From Nannocystis bainbridge (GTDB taxonomy: Bacteria > Myxococcota_A > Polyangia > Nannocystales > Nannocystaceae), in the NCBI RefSeq assembly GCF_028368995.1, contig NZ_JAQNDL010000003.1, forward strand, positions 2,368,001 to 2,432,000: a DNA stretch of 64,000 nt. Reading direction: 5' to 3'. The notes beneath the pieces were generated by a model. That model saw only the letters and a program-made list of their open reading frames with translations. It made no database searches and was not told the origin of the DNA. Both the position numbers and the translations under genes were made by a program. Numbering within the stretch: position 1 is the first letter of the stretch; every line of letters begins with the position of its first letter. Shown here one piece after another: positions 12,088-22,374 of the stretch.

Positions 12088-14988
12088 CTAGCCGCGCTTG
12101 TGCGCGAGCAGCCAGGCCTCGACGGCTTCGACCATGCGGACATCGCTGGCGGCCGCGGCGAGGGCGCGGGCCTCCTCGGCCACGTGTTCGGCGCGCTCGC
12201 TCTGGCCGGCGGCGGCCAGCGAGCGGGCCAGGCGGAACCCGCTGGCGTAGCGCAGCGACGGCTGGACCAGCTCCCCGCGGGCGCTGGCGACCGCGTAGGC
12301 GCGCTCGGCGACGGTGACCGCCTCCGGGGCCTGGCCGGCGCCGGCCAGGATCTCTGCCAGCACCTCGAGCGCGCTGGCGACGTAGGGCTCGTCGTCGCCC
12401 CACGCCCGCTCCGCGTCGACGATCGTCGCCCGGATCTCCGCCTCGGCCCCGGCGAGATCGCCCTGATGCAGCAGCGCCTTGGCCAGCCACACCCGCAGGC
12501 GGAACAGCTCCGGGTGCAGCGGGCGGGCGTCGATCGGCAGGCCCACGCTCGCGCGGCTCGCCCCCGCCAGCGCGCGGCGGACCAAACGTTCCGCCTGCGC
12601 CAGCTCGCCGCGCTGCATCAGCGCCTCGACCGCGCCGTTCGTCAGCTGCAGCGCGAGGTGGCTGTCGTCCGGCACCAGCCCGGCGACGCCTCGCTGCGCC
12701 CGCTCGAAGATCGCCGCGGCCGCGTCGGCCTCGCCGTGGCGCAGCGCCAGCATCCCGGCCGAGCGCAGGCTGCCGGCGAACTCCGGGTGGCGCTGGCAGC
12801 AGCCGGTGTCGGCCGCCGGCGCCGCGTCCTTCGTCGCGACCAGGCTCGCGTAATCGATCGCGGTCGCCATCGTCGCGCCCGGGTCGCACAGGCGGTCGCG
12901 CAGGGTCACGAGGGCGCGGTCGACGTGCTCCTGGGCCTTGTCGAGCAGGCCGAGGCTGGTGGCCGCGTCGGCGGCCAGGCGGAACAGCACGCTGACCTCG
13001 GGCAGGTGCGACGAGCCGGCCTGCTCGTGCATGGCGATCGCGCGCTCGAAGTGGCCGAGGGCCTCGGCGTAGCGGCCGGTGGCCAGCGCGACCTGGCCCT
13101 GGGCCTCGGCCAGGGCCGCGCGCTGGGGCGGCGCGCCGCCGCGGGCCAGCAGCGCCTCGACGTGGCGGACCCACCGCTCGGCGGCGTCGAAGTCGGCCAG
13201 GTGCACGCCGGTGACCTCGACCAGCTCGGTCGCCGCGGCGATCGCCACCCGCTCGCGGGCCGCCTCGAGGGCCGCGAAATAGGCGGTCTGAAGCGACAGC
13301 AGCGCGTCCTTCGGCCGGCCGCTGCTGACGAGCACGCGGCCGCGGGTCAGCTCGTAGTCGGCGCGCAGCGGCAGCCGGCCGTCCGGCAGCGTCAGCCCGT
13401 CGAGCACCGCCAGCGCCTCGGTGAACTTGCCGGCGCGGCGGTGGGCCTCGGCGGTGGCGATCGCCGCGTGCTGCCCGGCCAGCGCGCGCGCCAGCTCCGG
13501 GTCGTCCGGCGGCGCCGGGCGGCGCTGCAGCTCGAGCGGGTCGGCGCACGACTCGGGCGTCTCGAGCCCGGCCACCAGGTCGGAGGCGTGCACGGCGAAC
13601 GCGGTGTCGGGGCGGCCGAACAGGTCGAGCACCGCCTCGAAGTCGCGCAGGCGATCGCCGAGGCAGGCCCGGCGCTGCTCGTAGAGCCCGCTCGACTGCT
13701 CGTGGCGGACCTCGGCGGCGACGCAGGCCTCGGCGGCGACATCGGCCCAGCGCTCGGCGTAGGCGTCGTACTGGCGGCGCGCCACCGTCCACGACTGCGC
13801 CACCGTCGGGTCGACCGCGCGCAGCGACGCGCCGACGCCGGCGAAGCGGGCCGGGTTCCACACCGCCGCGACCTCCTGACGGGCCCGATCTTCGCACACG
13901 CGAATGTCTACACCTGTCTGATAGGACAGGCCGGCACCGACCGCGGCCAGCCCCACGGTGAGGCCGGCGGCGGCCAGCCACGTGCCGCGGCGCGGCTCGA
14001 CCACGCGGTCGATGGCGGCGATGAACGCGTCCATCGACGGGTGGCGGTGCTCGGGGCGGACCTGCAGCCCGCGCAGCACCGCGGCCCGCAGCGAGCGCGG
14101 GACCTTGGCGCTGCCGGGGTCGCGCAGGTGGCCGGCCAGCACCGCGCGCATCAGCTCGGCCAGGTTGTCGCCGGGGAACGGCCGGCCGCGGAACAGCGCC
14201 TCGTAGAGCGCCACGCACAGCGCGAACTGGTCGGAGCGGGCGTCGGCCCGGTCGCCGCGGAACTGCTCCGGGGCCATGTACGCCGGCGTGCCGATCAGCG
14301 AGCCGGTGACCGTCAGCGACGCGTCGAGCGCCCGCAGGCTGGCGGCGGCGAAGCTGCCGTCGCGGTCGCGGGTCCGCTCGAGGTCGGCGAACAGCTGCGG
14401 GTCGCTCTCGGCCCGGGCCAGGCCGAAGTCGAGCACGCGGACCCGGCCGTCGTCGCCGACCATCGCGTTCTGCGGCTTGAAGTCGCGGTGGACCAGCCCG
14501 GCCTCGTGCGCGGCGGCCAGGCCCGAGGCGGCCTGGCGGAACACGTCGACGACCTCGCGCCAGCTCCGTTGCTGTCGCTTGAGCCATGTACTCAAGGTCA
14601 CGCCGTGCACGAACTCCATGGCCACGTAGACCTGGTCGAGGTGGGTCCCGACCTCGTGCACGCTGACGATGTTGGGGTGCGACAGCCGGGCCATCGCCTG
14701 GGCCTCGCGCAGCAGGCGGGTCCGCGCGTCGGCCTGCGAGGCGACGGTCGCCTCGGGGTGCAGCAGCTTGACCGCGACCTTGCGCTCGAGCTCCTCGTCG
14801 TAGGCGGCGTAGACCACCCCGGTGCCGCCGCGCCCGAGCTCGCGCAGGACCGTGAAGCGGCCGATCTTGGCCGGCGCCAGCGGCTCGTCGAACAGGCTGG
14901 CCATGATCGCCTGCTTGACGCGCTCGTTGGCGAAGTCGCCCTCGACCTGCGGGCGCAGGGCCTCGGGCGCGATCGTCGGGCCGATCAT
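12088..14988 (-). CDS. Membrane Ser/Thr protein kinase with TPR-like C-terminal domain
   Basis: LGRGGTGVVY, VAVK, HRDFKPQN, DFGLA, GTPAYMAPE, a TM segment and TPR-like helices. The start MIGPT overlaps the upstream stop (ATGA). Confidence 0.93.
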   Translation of the reverse strand: MIGPTIAPEALRPQVEGDFANERVKQAIMASLFDEPLAPAKIGRFTVLRELGRGGTGVVYAAYDEELERKVAVKLLHPEATVASQADARTRLLREAQAMARLSHPNIVSVHEVGTHLDQVYVAMEFVHGVTLSTWLKRQQRSWREVVDVFRQAASGLAAAHEAGLVHRDFKPQNAMVGDDGRVRVLDFGLARAESDPQLFADLERTRDRDGSFAAASLRALDASLTVTGSLIGTPAYMAPEQFRGDRADARSDQFALCVALYEALFRGRPFPGDNLAELMRAVLAGHLRDPGSAKVPRSLRAAVLRGLQVRPEHRHPSMDAFIAAIDRVVEPRRGTWLAAAGLTVGLAAVGAGLSYQTGVDIRVCEDRARQEVAAVWNPARFAGVGASLRAVDPTVAQSWTVARRQYDAYAERWADVAAEACVAAEVRHEQSSGLYEQRRACLGDRLRDFEAVLDLFGRPDTAFAVHASDLVAGLETPESCADPLELQRRPAPPDDPELARALAGQHAAIATAEAHRRAGKFTEALAVLDGLTLPDGRLPLRADYELTRGRVLVSSGRPKDALLSLQTAYFAALEAARERVAIAAATELVEVTGVHLADFDAAERWVRHVEALLARGGAPPQRAALAEAQGQVALATGRYAEALGHFERAIAMHEQAGSSHLPEVSVLFRLAADAATSLGLLDKAQEHVDRALVTLRDRLCDPGATMATAIDYASLVATKDAAPAADTGCCQRHPEFAGSLRSAGMLALRHGEADAAAAIFERAQRGVAGLVPDDSHLALQLTNGAVEALMQRGELAQAERLVRRALAGASRASVGLPIDARPLHPELFRLRVWLAKALLHQGDLAGAEAEIRATIVDAERAWGDDEPYVASALEVLAEILAGAGQAPEAVTVAERAYAVASARGELVQPSLRYASGFRLARSLAAAGQSERAEHVAEEARALAAAASDVRMVEAVEAWLLAHKRG

Positions 14989-17861
14989 CGCCCGCCCCCC
15001 CGCTTCATCGCCTGCTTGGTCAGGAACTCGTCGATCTCCGACACCCACTTCTTGCTGTCCTTGCGCTGCTTGACCGCGAACGCGCGGGCCTCGTGGGCCA
15101 GCGCCAGCGCCCGCTGCTGCTCGCCGGTCTCGGCCAGCGCGGCCGCCAGGTGCCAGATCGCGTAGTAGTGCCAGTGCTCGTTGGCCGGGTTGGGGTCGCG
15201 GCGGGTCAGCGCCAGCGCCCGCTCGGCGAACGCCACCGCCGCCTCGGGCCGGCCCTCGAGGCGGCTCAGCTCGGCCAGGTTGAGCAGCGCCTGCGTCAGC
15301 CGCGGGTCGGTCGGGCCCCAGCTCTTCTCGGCGCGCGCCAGCGTGGCCGACAGCACGACCTCGGCCTCGTCGGGGCGCTTCGTCACCCGCAAGATCATGC
15401 CGAGGTAGTTGTGCATGTCGTAGTTGTCGCCGAGCAGGCGGTCGCTCGAGCGCTCGAGCACCGCGATCGCCTCGCGCAGCGGCTGCTCGGCCAGCTCCGG
15501 CTGCTTCATCGCCTCGTAGGCGAAGCCGGTGTTGGCCCACAGGGTCATGTACACGTGGTTGCGCTGGTTCGGCAGGTCGACCGCGGCGTCGAGCGCCTCC
15601 TTGAAGACCTTCAGCGCGCGCTCGTACTGGCCGTCGATGCGCAGCACCAGGCCGAGGCTGTTGTGGATCATCGCCACGTCGGGGTGCTGCGGCCCGAGCC
15701 TGGCCCGCATGATGGCGAGCGCGCGCTCCTGCTGGGCGATGGCCTCGCGGGTCTCGCCGGCGTTGACCAAATGGTCGCCGTAGAAGCGCAGCGCCCGGGC
15801 GAAGTCGGTCGTGTCCTCCTGACCGGCCGCGTGATAGAGGCGCAGCGCCTCGGTGAGGGCCTTGCGCGCCTCGCCGAGCTCGCCGGCCAGGTTGGCGATC
15901 GCCCCGCGGACCGTCAGCGCGCGGGCGCGGCGGATCGGGTCGTCGCTGCGGGCGGCGTAGATCTCGGCGTGCTTCAGCCAGTCGCGGCTGGCGAACGCGT
16001 CGTGCAGGCGGCGGCCGACCAGGTAGGCCAGGCGGGTCGCGGCGTCGATCGCAAACTCGTGGTGGCCGGCGGCGATGGCGACGAAGAACGCGTCCTCGAA
16101 GCTGCTGCGCGCCCCGAGGTAGTCGCCCTCGTTCTCGCGCACCGAGCCGCGGCGGAACGACAGCTCGGCCTGCACCGGCGAGTAGCCGGTCCCGGCCACC
16201 AGCGCCTCGGCGTCGCCCAGCAGCTTCAGCGCCTCGGCGAAGCGGCCGCCCAGCTCGAGCGCGTCGGCCCGCGTCAGCTCGGAGCGGGCCGCCGCGACCC
16301 GCTCGGCCACCGCGGCGTCGGGCGGGCGCACCTTGGCCCGCAGGTACTTGTCGTCGCTGCAGCTGGCGATCCGCGGCAGGCTGGCGGTCAGCTCGTCGAC
16401 CCGCGTCACCAGCACGTCGTCGGGCCGCTGGAACATGTCGATCGCCGCCGCCAGGTGGTCGCGCCGCTCGCCCAGGCAGGTCATGCGCAGGTCGAGCTGC
16501 TCGGCCGACTCCTGCCGGCACGCCGCGCCGTACGCCTCGGCCCACTCGGCCCCGTAGGCGTCGAACGCCGCGGCCGCGCGCGACCAGGCGGCCGGCGCCT
16601 GGGCCACGCCCGACGCCGCCGCGACCTCGGCCAGGTGCTCGCGCCGCTGGTGGTTCCACACCGCCGACAGCCGCTCCTCGCCGCTGCACGCCTCGGCGAA
16701 CGCACCTGTCTGCCAGGCCAGGCCGAGGCCGGCGCCGCCGACCAGCGTCGCCGCCACGGCGGCGATCGCCCAGCTGCGGCGCGCCGGCGGGCGGGCGAAC
16801 GCGGCCAGCTCGGCCAGCAGCGGGCGCATGCTCGGCCAGCGCGCCGCGGGGTCACGGGCCAGGCCGCGCAGCAGCAGCGCGCGCACGGCTCGCGGCACCC
16901 CGGCCGGCGCCGGCAGGTCGCGGACCTGGCCGGCGAGCACGCTCGACATCAGCTCGGCCAGGGTGTCGCCCTTGAACGGCCGCTCGCGGTAGGCCGCCTC
17001 GAACAGGGCGACGCAGAACGCGAACTGGTCGGCGCGGGCGTCGACGCGGCCGCCCAGGAACTGCTCGGGGGACATGTACGCCGGCGTGCCGAGCATGACG
17101 CCGGTGACGGTGATCGAGGCGTCGAGCGAGCGCAGGTTGGCGACCGCGGACGCGTGCTCCTCGGCGGGCCGCATGTCCCCGAGGCCAGGTGCCGGCCCGG
17201 GCTCGAGCTCGGCGCGGGCCAGGCCGAAGTCGAGCACGCGCGCGCGGCCGTCGCTGCCGACCATCACGTTGGCCGGCTTGAAGTCGCGGTGGACCAGCCC
17301 GGCCTCGTGCGCGGCCTGCAGCCCGGCGCCGGCCTGCACGAACGTCGCGGCGATCTCGGCGAAGCTGCGCCGCTGCCGCTTGAGCCACGAGTGCAGCGTC
17401 ATCCCGTGGACGAACTCCATCGCCACGTAGACCTGACGCCCGAACGTCCCGACCTCGTGCACGCCGACGATGTTGGCGTGCGACACCCGGGCCATCGCCT
17501 GCGCCTCGCGCATCAGCCGGAGCCGCGCCACGTCCTCGCGGGTCTCGGAGTGCAGCAGCTTGACCGCGACCTTGCGGTCGAGCTGCTCGTCGAAGGCGGC
17601 GTAAACCACCCCGGTGCCGCCGCGCCCGAGCTCGCGCAGGACCGTGAAGCGGCCGATCTTCGCCGGCGCGGGCACTTCCTCGAGGCGCGGCGAACGGGCG
17701 AGCGGCCGGGTGTCGGCCGGGACCAGCGGGATCAGCGTCGGCGCGTTCGGATCGATCTGCCGCCCGTCCGGCGTGGCCCCGGCCGGCGTGTGCTGCAGCG
17801 TCTGCTCGCCCGACGAGGAGGACGACGACAACGCGCGGATTCGGTCTCGAAACGCTGGCAT
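14985..17861 (-). CDS. Membrane Ser/Thr protein kinase with TPR C-terminal domain
   Basis: LGRGGTGVVY, HRDFKPAN, DFGLA, GTPAYMSPE, a TM segment and kinesin-light-chain-like TPRs (LGPQHPDVAMIHNSLG). Confidence 0.94.
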   Translation of the reverse strand: MPAFRDRIRALSSSSSSGEQTLQHTPAGATPDGRQIDPNAPTLIPLVPADTRPLARSPRLEEVPAPAKIGRFTVLRELGRGGTGVVYAAFDEQLDRKVAVKLLHSETREDVARLRLMREAQAMARVSHANIVGVHEVGTFGRQVYVAMEFVHGMTLHSWLKRQRRSFAEIAATFVQAGAGLQAAHEAGLVHRDFKPANVMVGSDGRARVLDFGLARAELEPGPAPGLGDMRPAEEHASAVANLRSLDASITVTGVMLGTPAYMSPEQFLGGRVDARADQFAFCVALFEAAYRERPFKGDTLAELMSSVLAGQVRDLPAPAGVPRAVRALLLRGLARDPAARWPSMRPLLAELAAFARPPARRSWAIAAVAATLVGGAGLGLAWQTGAFAEACSGEERLSAVWNHQRREHLAEVAAASGVAQAPAAWSRAAAAFDAYGAEWAEAYGAACRQESAEQLDLRMTCLGERRDHLAAAIDMFQRPDDVLVTRVDELTASLPRIASCSDDKYLRAKVRPPDAAVAERVAAARSELTRADALELGGRFAEALKLLGDAEALVAGTGYSPVQAELSFRRGSVRENEGDYLGARSSFEDAFFVAIAAGHHEFAIDAATRLAYLVGRRLHDAFASRDWLKHAEIYAARSDDPIRRARALTVRGAIANLAGELGEARKALTEALRLYHAAGQEDTTDFARALRFYGDHLVNAGETREAIAQQERALAIMRARLGPQHPDVAMIHNSLGLVLRIDGQYERALKVFKEALDAAVDLPNQRNHVYMTLWANTGFAYEAMKQPELAEQPLREAIAVLERSSDRLLGDNYDMHNYLGMILRVTKRPDEAEVVLSATLARAEKSWGPTDPRLTQALLNLAELSRLEGRPEAAVAFAERALALTRRDPNPANEHWHYYAIWHLAAALAETGEQQRALALAHEARAFAVKQRKDSKKWVSEIDEFLTKQAMKRGGGR

Positions 17862-18290
17862 GACGGCCGCTTTCAGGGTGCTGTCCCAAAGTCGGGGCCC
17901 TGGATCGCGGCCCTTGAACTTTTTTCGCTACGGCAGACCCGGAGGATGGTGACGGGGCTTTCCCGGGCGAGGAAGTCCTCGTTCGCAGAGAACCGGCCCG
18001 GTGATAGGCCTCTCAACGCGCAAGAACGCGCCGCTCTTCCCGCCAGCAGCGCCGATTCAGCGAATGGCGCCAGGTTTGCGGCGAACGGGCGAACCCTCAT
18101 GGACCGAAGCGAAACCGCGCATCCATGGTTGGGGCCGGAAAACCCCAGACCAAATCGCCGTGCGTGCGAATTCGCGCCGACGAGCAAGCCCCCCGCTGGC
18201 CGGGCCGATCTCCCCGGGGACCGACCTGCAGCCGCGAGCCCCGGCCCCGCGAAGCGCCGGGGCGCGGCTCCCTGTTAGCATCGCGGCCCG

Positions 18291-18920
18291 GTGGTGGACG
18301 ACAGCGACACGGCGCTCGTGGACGCCTGGCGCGGCGGCGACCGGGAGGCCGGAAAGCGCCTGTTCTCGCGCCACTACGCCGCGATCGCCCGGTTCTTCCG
18401 CAACAAGGTCGGGGAGGCCGGGCCGGACCTGATCCAGCGGACCTTCCTCGCCTGTCTCGAGGGCCGCGAGCGCTTCCGTCACGAGGCGGCCTTTCGCAGC
18501 TACCTGTTCGCCATCGCCTACAAGATCCTCTGCAAGCACTACCGCGAGCAGCGGCGCGACGAGGCGCGGGTCGATTTCGCGGAGGACTCGGCGCACGAGC
18601 TGTCGTCGCCGATCAGCGCGGTCGAGGCGCGGCAGGAGCAGCGGCTGCTGCTCGAGGGTCTGCGGCGGCTCCCGGTCGACTATCAGGTCGTGCTCGAGCT
18701 GCACTACTGGGAGGGCATCACCGCCGCCGAGCTGGCCGAGGTGTTGGCGATCCCCGTCGGCACCGCCAAGACCCGCCTGCGTCGCGGCCGCGAGCTGCTC
18801 GAGGCGCGCCTGCACGAGCTCAGCACCTCGGCGGAGCTGCTGCGCAGCACCCTGGCCAACCTCGACGCCTGGGCCGCCCGCCTGCGCGTCCAGGTGCTCG
18901 GCGACGATCCGGATCTTTAA
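18291..18920 (+). CDS. ECF sigma-70 factor
   Basis: D..LV.AWRGGD.EAG, DLIQRTFL, FRSYLFAIA (region 2), and LELHYWEG...ELAEVL.IP.GT.KTRLRRGR (region 4). Confidence 0.92.
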   Translation: MVDDSDTALVDAWRGGDREAGKRLFSRHYAAIARFFRNKVGEAGPDLIQRTFLACLEGRERFRHEAAFRSYLFAIAYKILCKHYREQRRDEARVDFAEDSAHELSSPISAVEARQEQRLLLEGLRRLPVDYQVVLELHYWEGITAAELAEVLAIPVGTAKTRLRRGRELLEARLHELSTSAELLRSTLANLDAWAARLRVQVLGDDPDL

Positions 18921-19056
18921 CCTGTCCTTTGGGACATCTTGCGCATCGGCGGTCGGCGACGAACTTGGCGACCTGTCCTCAGGGACAGCCGCCTGGAATG
19001 CGCGTGCAGCGAGGCTTGACCGGCGCTCGGGCTGCCGATAAGAGCTGAAGTCGACG

Positions 19057-19855
19057 ATGTTCGCCGTCGCCTTGGGCCTGTGTTTCCTCGTCTCTGCCGT
19101 CGAGCCGGCCCCTGCTGGCGAGGCTGCGGGGACGGACGCCGAGGTTGCTCCCGCGCCTGCCGATGCGCCGCAGACCGGCGACGCCGGGCCCGCGCCGCGC
19201 CTCGACGACGAGCGCGCCCCGGCTGCGCCGCAGACCGGCGACCCTGCGCCCGCGCCGCGCCTCGACGACGAGCGCGCCCCGGCTGCGCCGCAGGCCTTCG
19301 ACGACGAGCGGCCCGGGCCGGCGCGGCGGACCGACGCACGCGACCTCGCGCCTCCCGCTCCGGAGCCGAGCGGGCTGCGCCTGCCGGGCACCTACTTGCA
19401 CGTCGCTCCCGGGATCGCCGCCTTCAACGTGCTCGATCCGGACTTTCGCTTCTATGCCTGGGGCATCAGCGGCGGCCGTTCAGTGGTCCGTGGCCGGCGC
19501 TTCGCGGCGCAACTCGGCGGGTTCTTCGAGCACCTGGTCGGCCCGCGCCAGCCCGCCGTCGACCTGGTGCGCTTCGGCGGCGAGTTCCGCGTCGGCGCGA
19601 GCAACGAGCGGGTGTTCGGCTACGGCCTGGCGCGCGCGGGGCCTCGACATCCTGGTGGTCCCCAAGGACATGTTCGCCGGGCCAGGTCGACGAGCCCCGC
19701 TGTTCTTCCTGGTCTCGCTCGGCGCCGGCGTACAGGGGGCGCTCGGGCCGCGGAGGCGGCTGCTGCTGGGCGTGGAGCCCTCGTTCGAGTTCACCTGGCC
19801 GGGCGTGCTCGTGCTGTTCAGGACGCGGGCGTTCGTCGGCTGGCGGTTCGGATAG
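19057..19855 (+). pseudogene. Exported/outer-membrane beta-strand protein interrupted by a one-base frameshift at ~19637-19641 (pseudogene or sequencing error)
   Basis: Signal peptide, Pro-rich repeat and beta strands up to FGYGLARAG. The continuation GLDILVVP...RAFVGWRFG is in another frame. One extra G in gcggggcctc explains the shift. Confidence 0.65.
19165..19310. repeat. 60-bp coding tandem repeat (about 2.4 copies; APQTGD..PAPRLDDERAPA)
   Basis: gcgccgcagaccggcgac...cgcgccgcgcctcgacgacgagcgcgccccggct is repeated at a 60-bp period. Confidence 0.9.
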
Positions 19856-19985
19856 TGGCAGCATTGCCACGGCCCGCGCGGGTGACCTGTCCTCCGGGAC
19901 ATCTAGGGCCGCGGCCCGATTCGCCGGCCCCGCTCCTACTGGTTTGACGATTGTGCGGGCGGCCCGCGGACCGTCCCCGCTCCTA

Positions 19986-20756
19986 CTATGTTGGCACCGC
20001 CGGCTCGCCGACCGCCACGGTCACCAGCGTCTCGTGCTGTTCCGGGGTCAGCAGGACCGGCGGCAGCGTGCGGTACAGCTCGGCGATGTCGCGGTGCTCG
20101 GGCTCGTCGTTGTAGGCGGCGGCTGGCACGTCGGCGGTGTGCGGCGGCAGCTTGACGAAGTCTGTCTCGAGGGCCAGGTTCAGGCGGCCTTCGCAATAAC
20201 AAGGGTTGTGGCGGTCGATGTGGCCGCAGCGGGGCGCCAGGTAGTCTTCGAGGCGGCGGCGGGCGCGGGTGAGGCGGACGCGGAAGGCGCTCTCCTTGAT
20301 CCCCAGCAGCTCGGCGGCGGCCGCGGGCGGGAAGCCGAACAGGTCGGTGACCACGAACGAGACCCGCACGCCCGGCGGCAGCGCCCCCAGCACCGACGCC
20401 AGGCAGGTCCGCTTGAGCTCCCACAGCAGCACCGGCACGCGCGCCAGGTCGCCCTCGATCGGCGGCTTGTCGGGGTCGATCGGCTGCGTCTCCTCGCTGC
20501 GCAGCATGTTGTCGAGGATGACGAAGCTGTGGTCGGCCTTGCGGCCCAGCGTGTCCTCGATCCCGCGGGCCAGCCTGCCGAGCAGGTAGTCGCCGGGGCG
20601 ACCGGCGGCCAGCAGCGCCTCGCGGTCGACGTTGCGCAGCGCCTCGCGGACCTGGACGAATGCCTCGTCACGCGCGCCGCACATCACGTATGCGAATGCG
20701 TAGAGGCGCGGGATCGCGGCGCGAACCAGGGTCGCGAGCTCGGTCGGGTTTGACAT
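19986..20756 (-). CDS. ECF sigma-70-like factor with Cys-rich C-terminal extension
   Basis: RLYAFAYVMCG...EA (degenerate region 2), AAELLGIKESAFRVRLTRARRRL (region 4), and CGHIDRHNPCYC. Confidence 0.8.
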   Translation of the reverse strand: MSNPTELATLVRAAIPRLYAFAYVMCGARDEAFVQVREALRNVDREALLAAGRPGDYLLGRLARGIEDTLGRKADHSFVILDNMLRSEETQPIDPDKPPIEGDLARVPVLLWELKRTCLASVLGALPPGVRVSFVVTDLFGFPPAAAAELLGIKESAFRVRLTRARRRLEDYLAPRCGHIDRHNPCYCEGRLNLALETDFVKLPPHTADVPAAAYNDEPEHRDIAELYRTLPPVLLTPEQHETLVTVAVGEPAVPT

Positions 20757-20810
20757 CGGGGGGCGAGTTCAATCTAGCATCATTCGCTCGGCTTGGGTCG
20801 CGGGGCGGTG

Positions 20811-21785
20811 CTAGCGCAGCTGCGGCTCGAGGGCGGCCCAGAACCTCGCCTGCATCGTCTCGTCGCCGGTCAGCCCGCCGAGGCGATTGATCTCCTGCAT
20901 GCCGGTCGGGCTGGTCACATTGATCTCGGTGAGGAATTCGCCGAGCACGTCGATGCCGACGAAGAATTGGCCCCGATCGCGCACGAAAGGCCCCACGGCG
21001 GCGCAGATCTCCCGGTCGCGGGCGCTGAGCCGGGTCAGCGCCGCGCTGCCCCCAGCATGGAAATTGTTGCGCAGCTCGCCGTCGGCCGGCACCCGCATCA
21101 CGGCCCCGATCGCCTCGCCGTCCACCAACAAGATGCGTTTGTCGCCGTGCTTCGCGGCGGGCACAAACTCTTGCGCGATGGTCCACGTGCGGCCGTCGTG
21201 GGTCGCCAGTTCGAACAGCGTGCTGAGGTTCGGATCGCCGTCGCGAGCGATCAGCACCTCGCGTCCGCCGAATCCGAACACCGGCTTGAGAATCATCTGC
21301 CCGCCGAGTTCGGCGAGCGCGTCGCGGAGGTCGCCGATCGTGCGCAGCAAGAAGGTGCGCGGGATGAACTGCGGGAAGTCGAGGATCGCCAGCTTCTCGC
21401 TCAGGTCGCGCAGGCCCTGCGGTTGATTGATCACCAGCGTGTGGCTGACCGCCCGGTCGAGGCACCACGTCGCGGTCACGAAATCGGGGTCGACCGGCGG
21501 GTCCTTGCGCATCACCACCACCCGGAAGCTGGCCAGCGCGCGCACCTGCGGGTCGCCGGTCGGGGCGAGCGGCGCGCCGGGCTCGTGCAGCCCGAGCGGG
21601 GTGGCCCGGGCGACGGCGTCGGCGCCGCGCAGCAGCAGCCCCGGCAGCTCGACCGACCACGGCTGGTAGCCGCGCCGCAGCGCCTCGGCGATCATCAGGT
21701 ACGAGCTGTCCTTCTTGGGGTGGATCGTCTCGAGCGGGTCGAGGACGAAGAGCACGTCCCCCCGGGCATGCTTGGCGGTCGGCAT
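20811..21785 (-). CDS. gshB: Glutathione synthetase
   Basis: DPLETI.PKKDSS, MRKDPPVD, IN.PQGLRD.SEKL, ILKP..G.GG, GDKRILLVDG, R.N.HAGG and LTEINVTSPTG. Confidence 0.93.
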   Translation of the reverse strand: MPTAKHARGDVLFVLDPLETIHPKKDSSYLMIAEALRRGYQPWSVELPGLLLRGADAVARATPLGLHEPGAPLAPTGDPQVRALASFRVVVMRKDPPVDPDFVTATWCLDRAVSHTLVINQPQGLRDLSEKLAILDFPQFIPRTFLLRTIGDLRDALAELGGQMILKPVFGFGGREVLIARDGDPNLSTLFELATHDGRTWTIAQEFVPAAKHGDKRILLVDGEAIGAVMRVPADGELRNNFHAGGSAALTRLSARDREICAAVGPFVRDRGQFFVGIDVLGEFLTEINVTSPTGMQEINRLGGLTGDETMQARFWAALEPQLR

Positions 21786-21870
21786 GGCCCCAGGATACCC
21801 GCTCGGGGGCGGTCCCGCGCCCGCAGGAAATTTGGAGGTGCATGTCCTACATGCACATACTTGTGGACCC

Positions 21871-22374
21871 ATGGCCGCCCGACAACCGCGAGCTGCATCC
21901 GCGCCCAAGGCGCAATTGCCCGAACCGGGCTGGGCGAAGGTCCAAAAGGTCCAGCTCATCCGGCGGGAGATCCGCGAGGTGCTGGCCCCCAGCGCGCTCG
22001 AGCTGCTCTTCAAGTACGGCGAGCTAGTGATCGAGGCCGGGCCGGAGCTCGGTCGCGGCAGGCGCGCGCCAGGCCAGCGGTTCTACGCGACGGTGATGGT
22101 GACGGTCGACCTGCGCCGCTGCGCCGCCCACTTCTGCGAGCCGGCCGACGTGGCGACCGCGGACAAGCTGGCGGAGCTGATGCTGGGGAGCGCGCGGGTG
22201 CGGCAGAAGCTCGTCGTCCTGGCACGAGGTGAGCTGGCGCGACTGGCGGGTGTGCCAGCCGCGCAGCTGCTGGTGGAGATCGATCATCACGTGCGCAGCG
22301 AGGGGCCGCGCGTCTTCATCGACGGCGATGCCATGGTATCGCTGGAGACCGCACGCGAGGCGAGCAAGCGATGA
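21871..22374 (+). CDS. Hypothetical protein
   Basis: Open frame with plausible codon use. Its stop overlaps the next start (ATGA). Confidence 0.65.
   Translation: MAARQPRAASAPKAQLPEPGWAKVQKVQLIRREIREVLAPSALELLFKYGELVIEAGPELGRGRRAPGQRFYATVMVTVDLRRCAAHFCEPADVATADKLAELMLGSARVRQKLVVLARGELARLAGVPAAQLLVEIDHHVRSEGPRVFIDGDAMVSLETAREASKR

Noticed and set aside
10655-14587. 1310-aa ORF as one giant protein
   Set aside because: Only 10655-11866 (GAF histidine kinase) is protein-like. The upstream part is an Arg/Pro/Gly-rich off-frame read-through of the kinase gene.
12076-18278. Long plus-strand ORFs of 1029 aa and 1061 aa
   Set aside because: They are antisense shadows of the kinase genes, expected in high-GC DNA, with no recognisable motifs.
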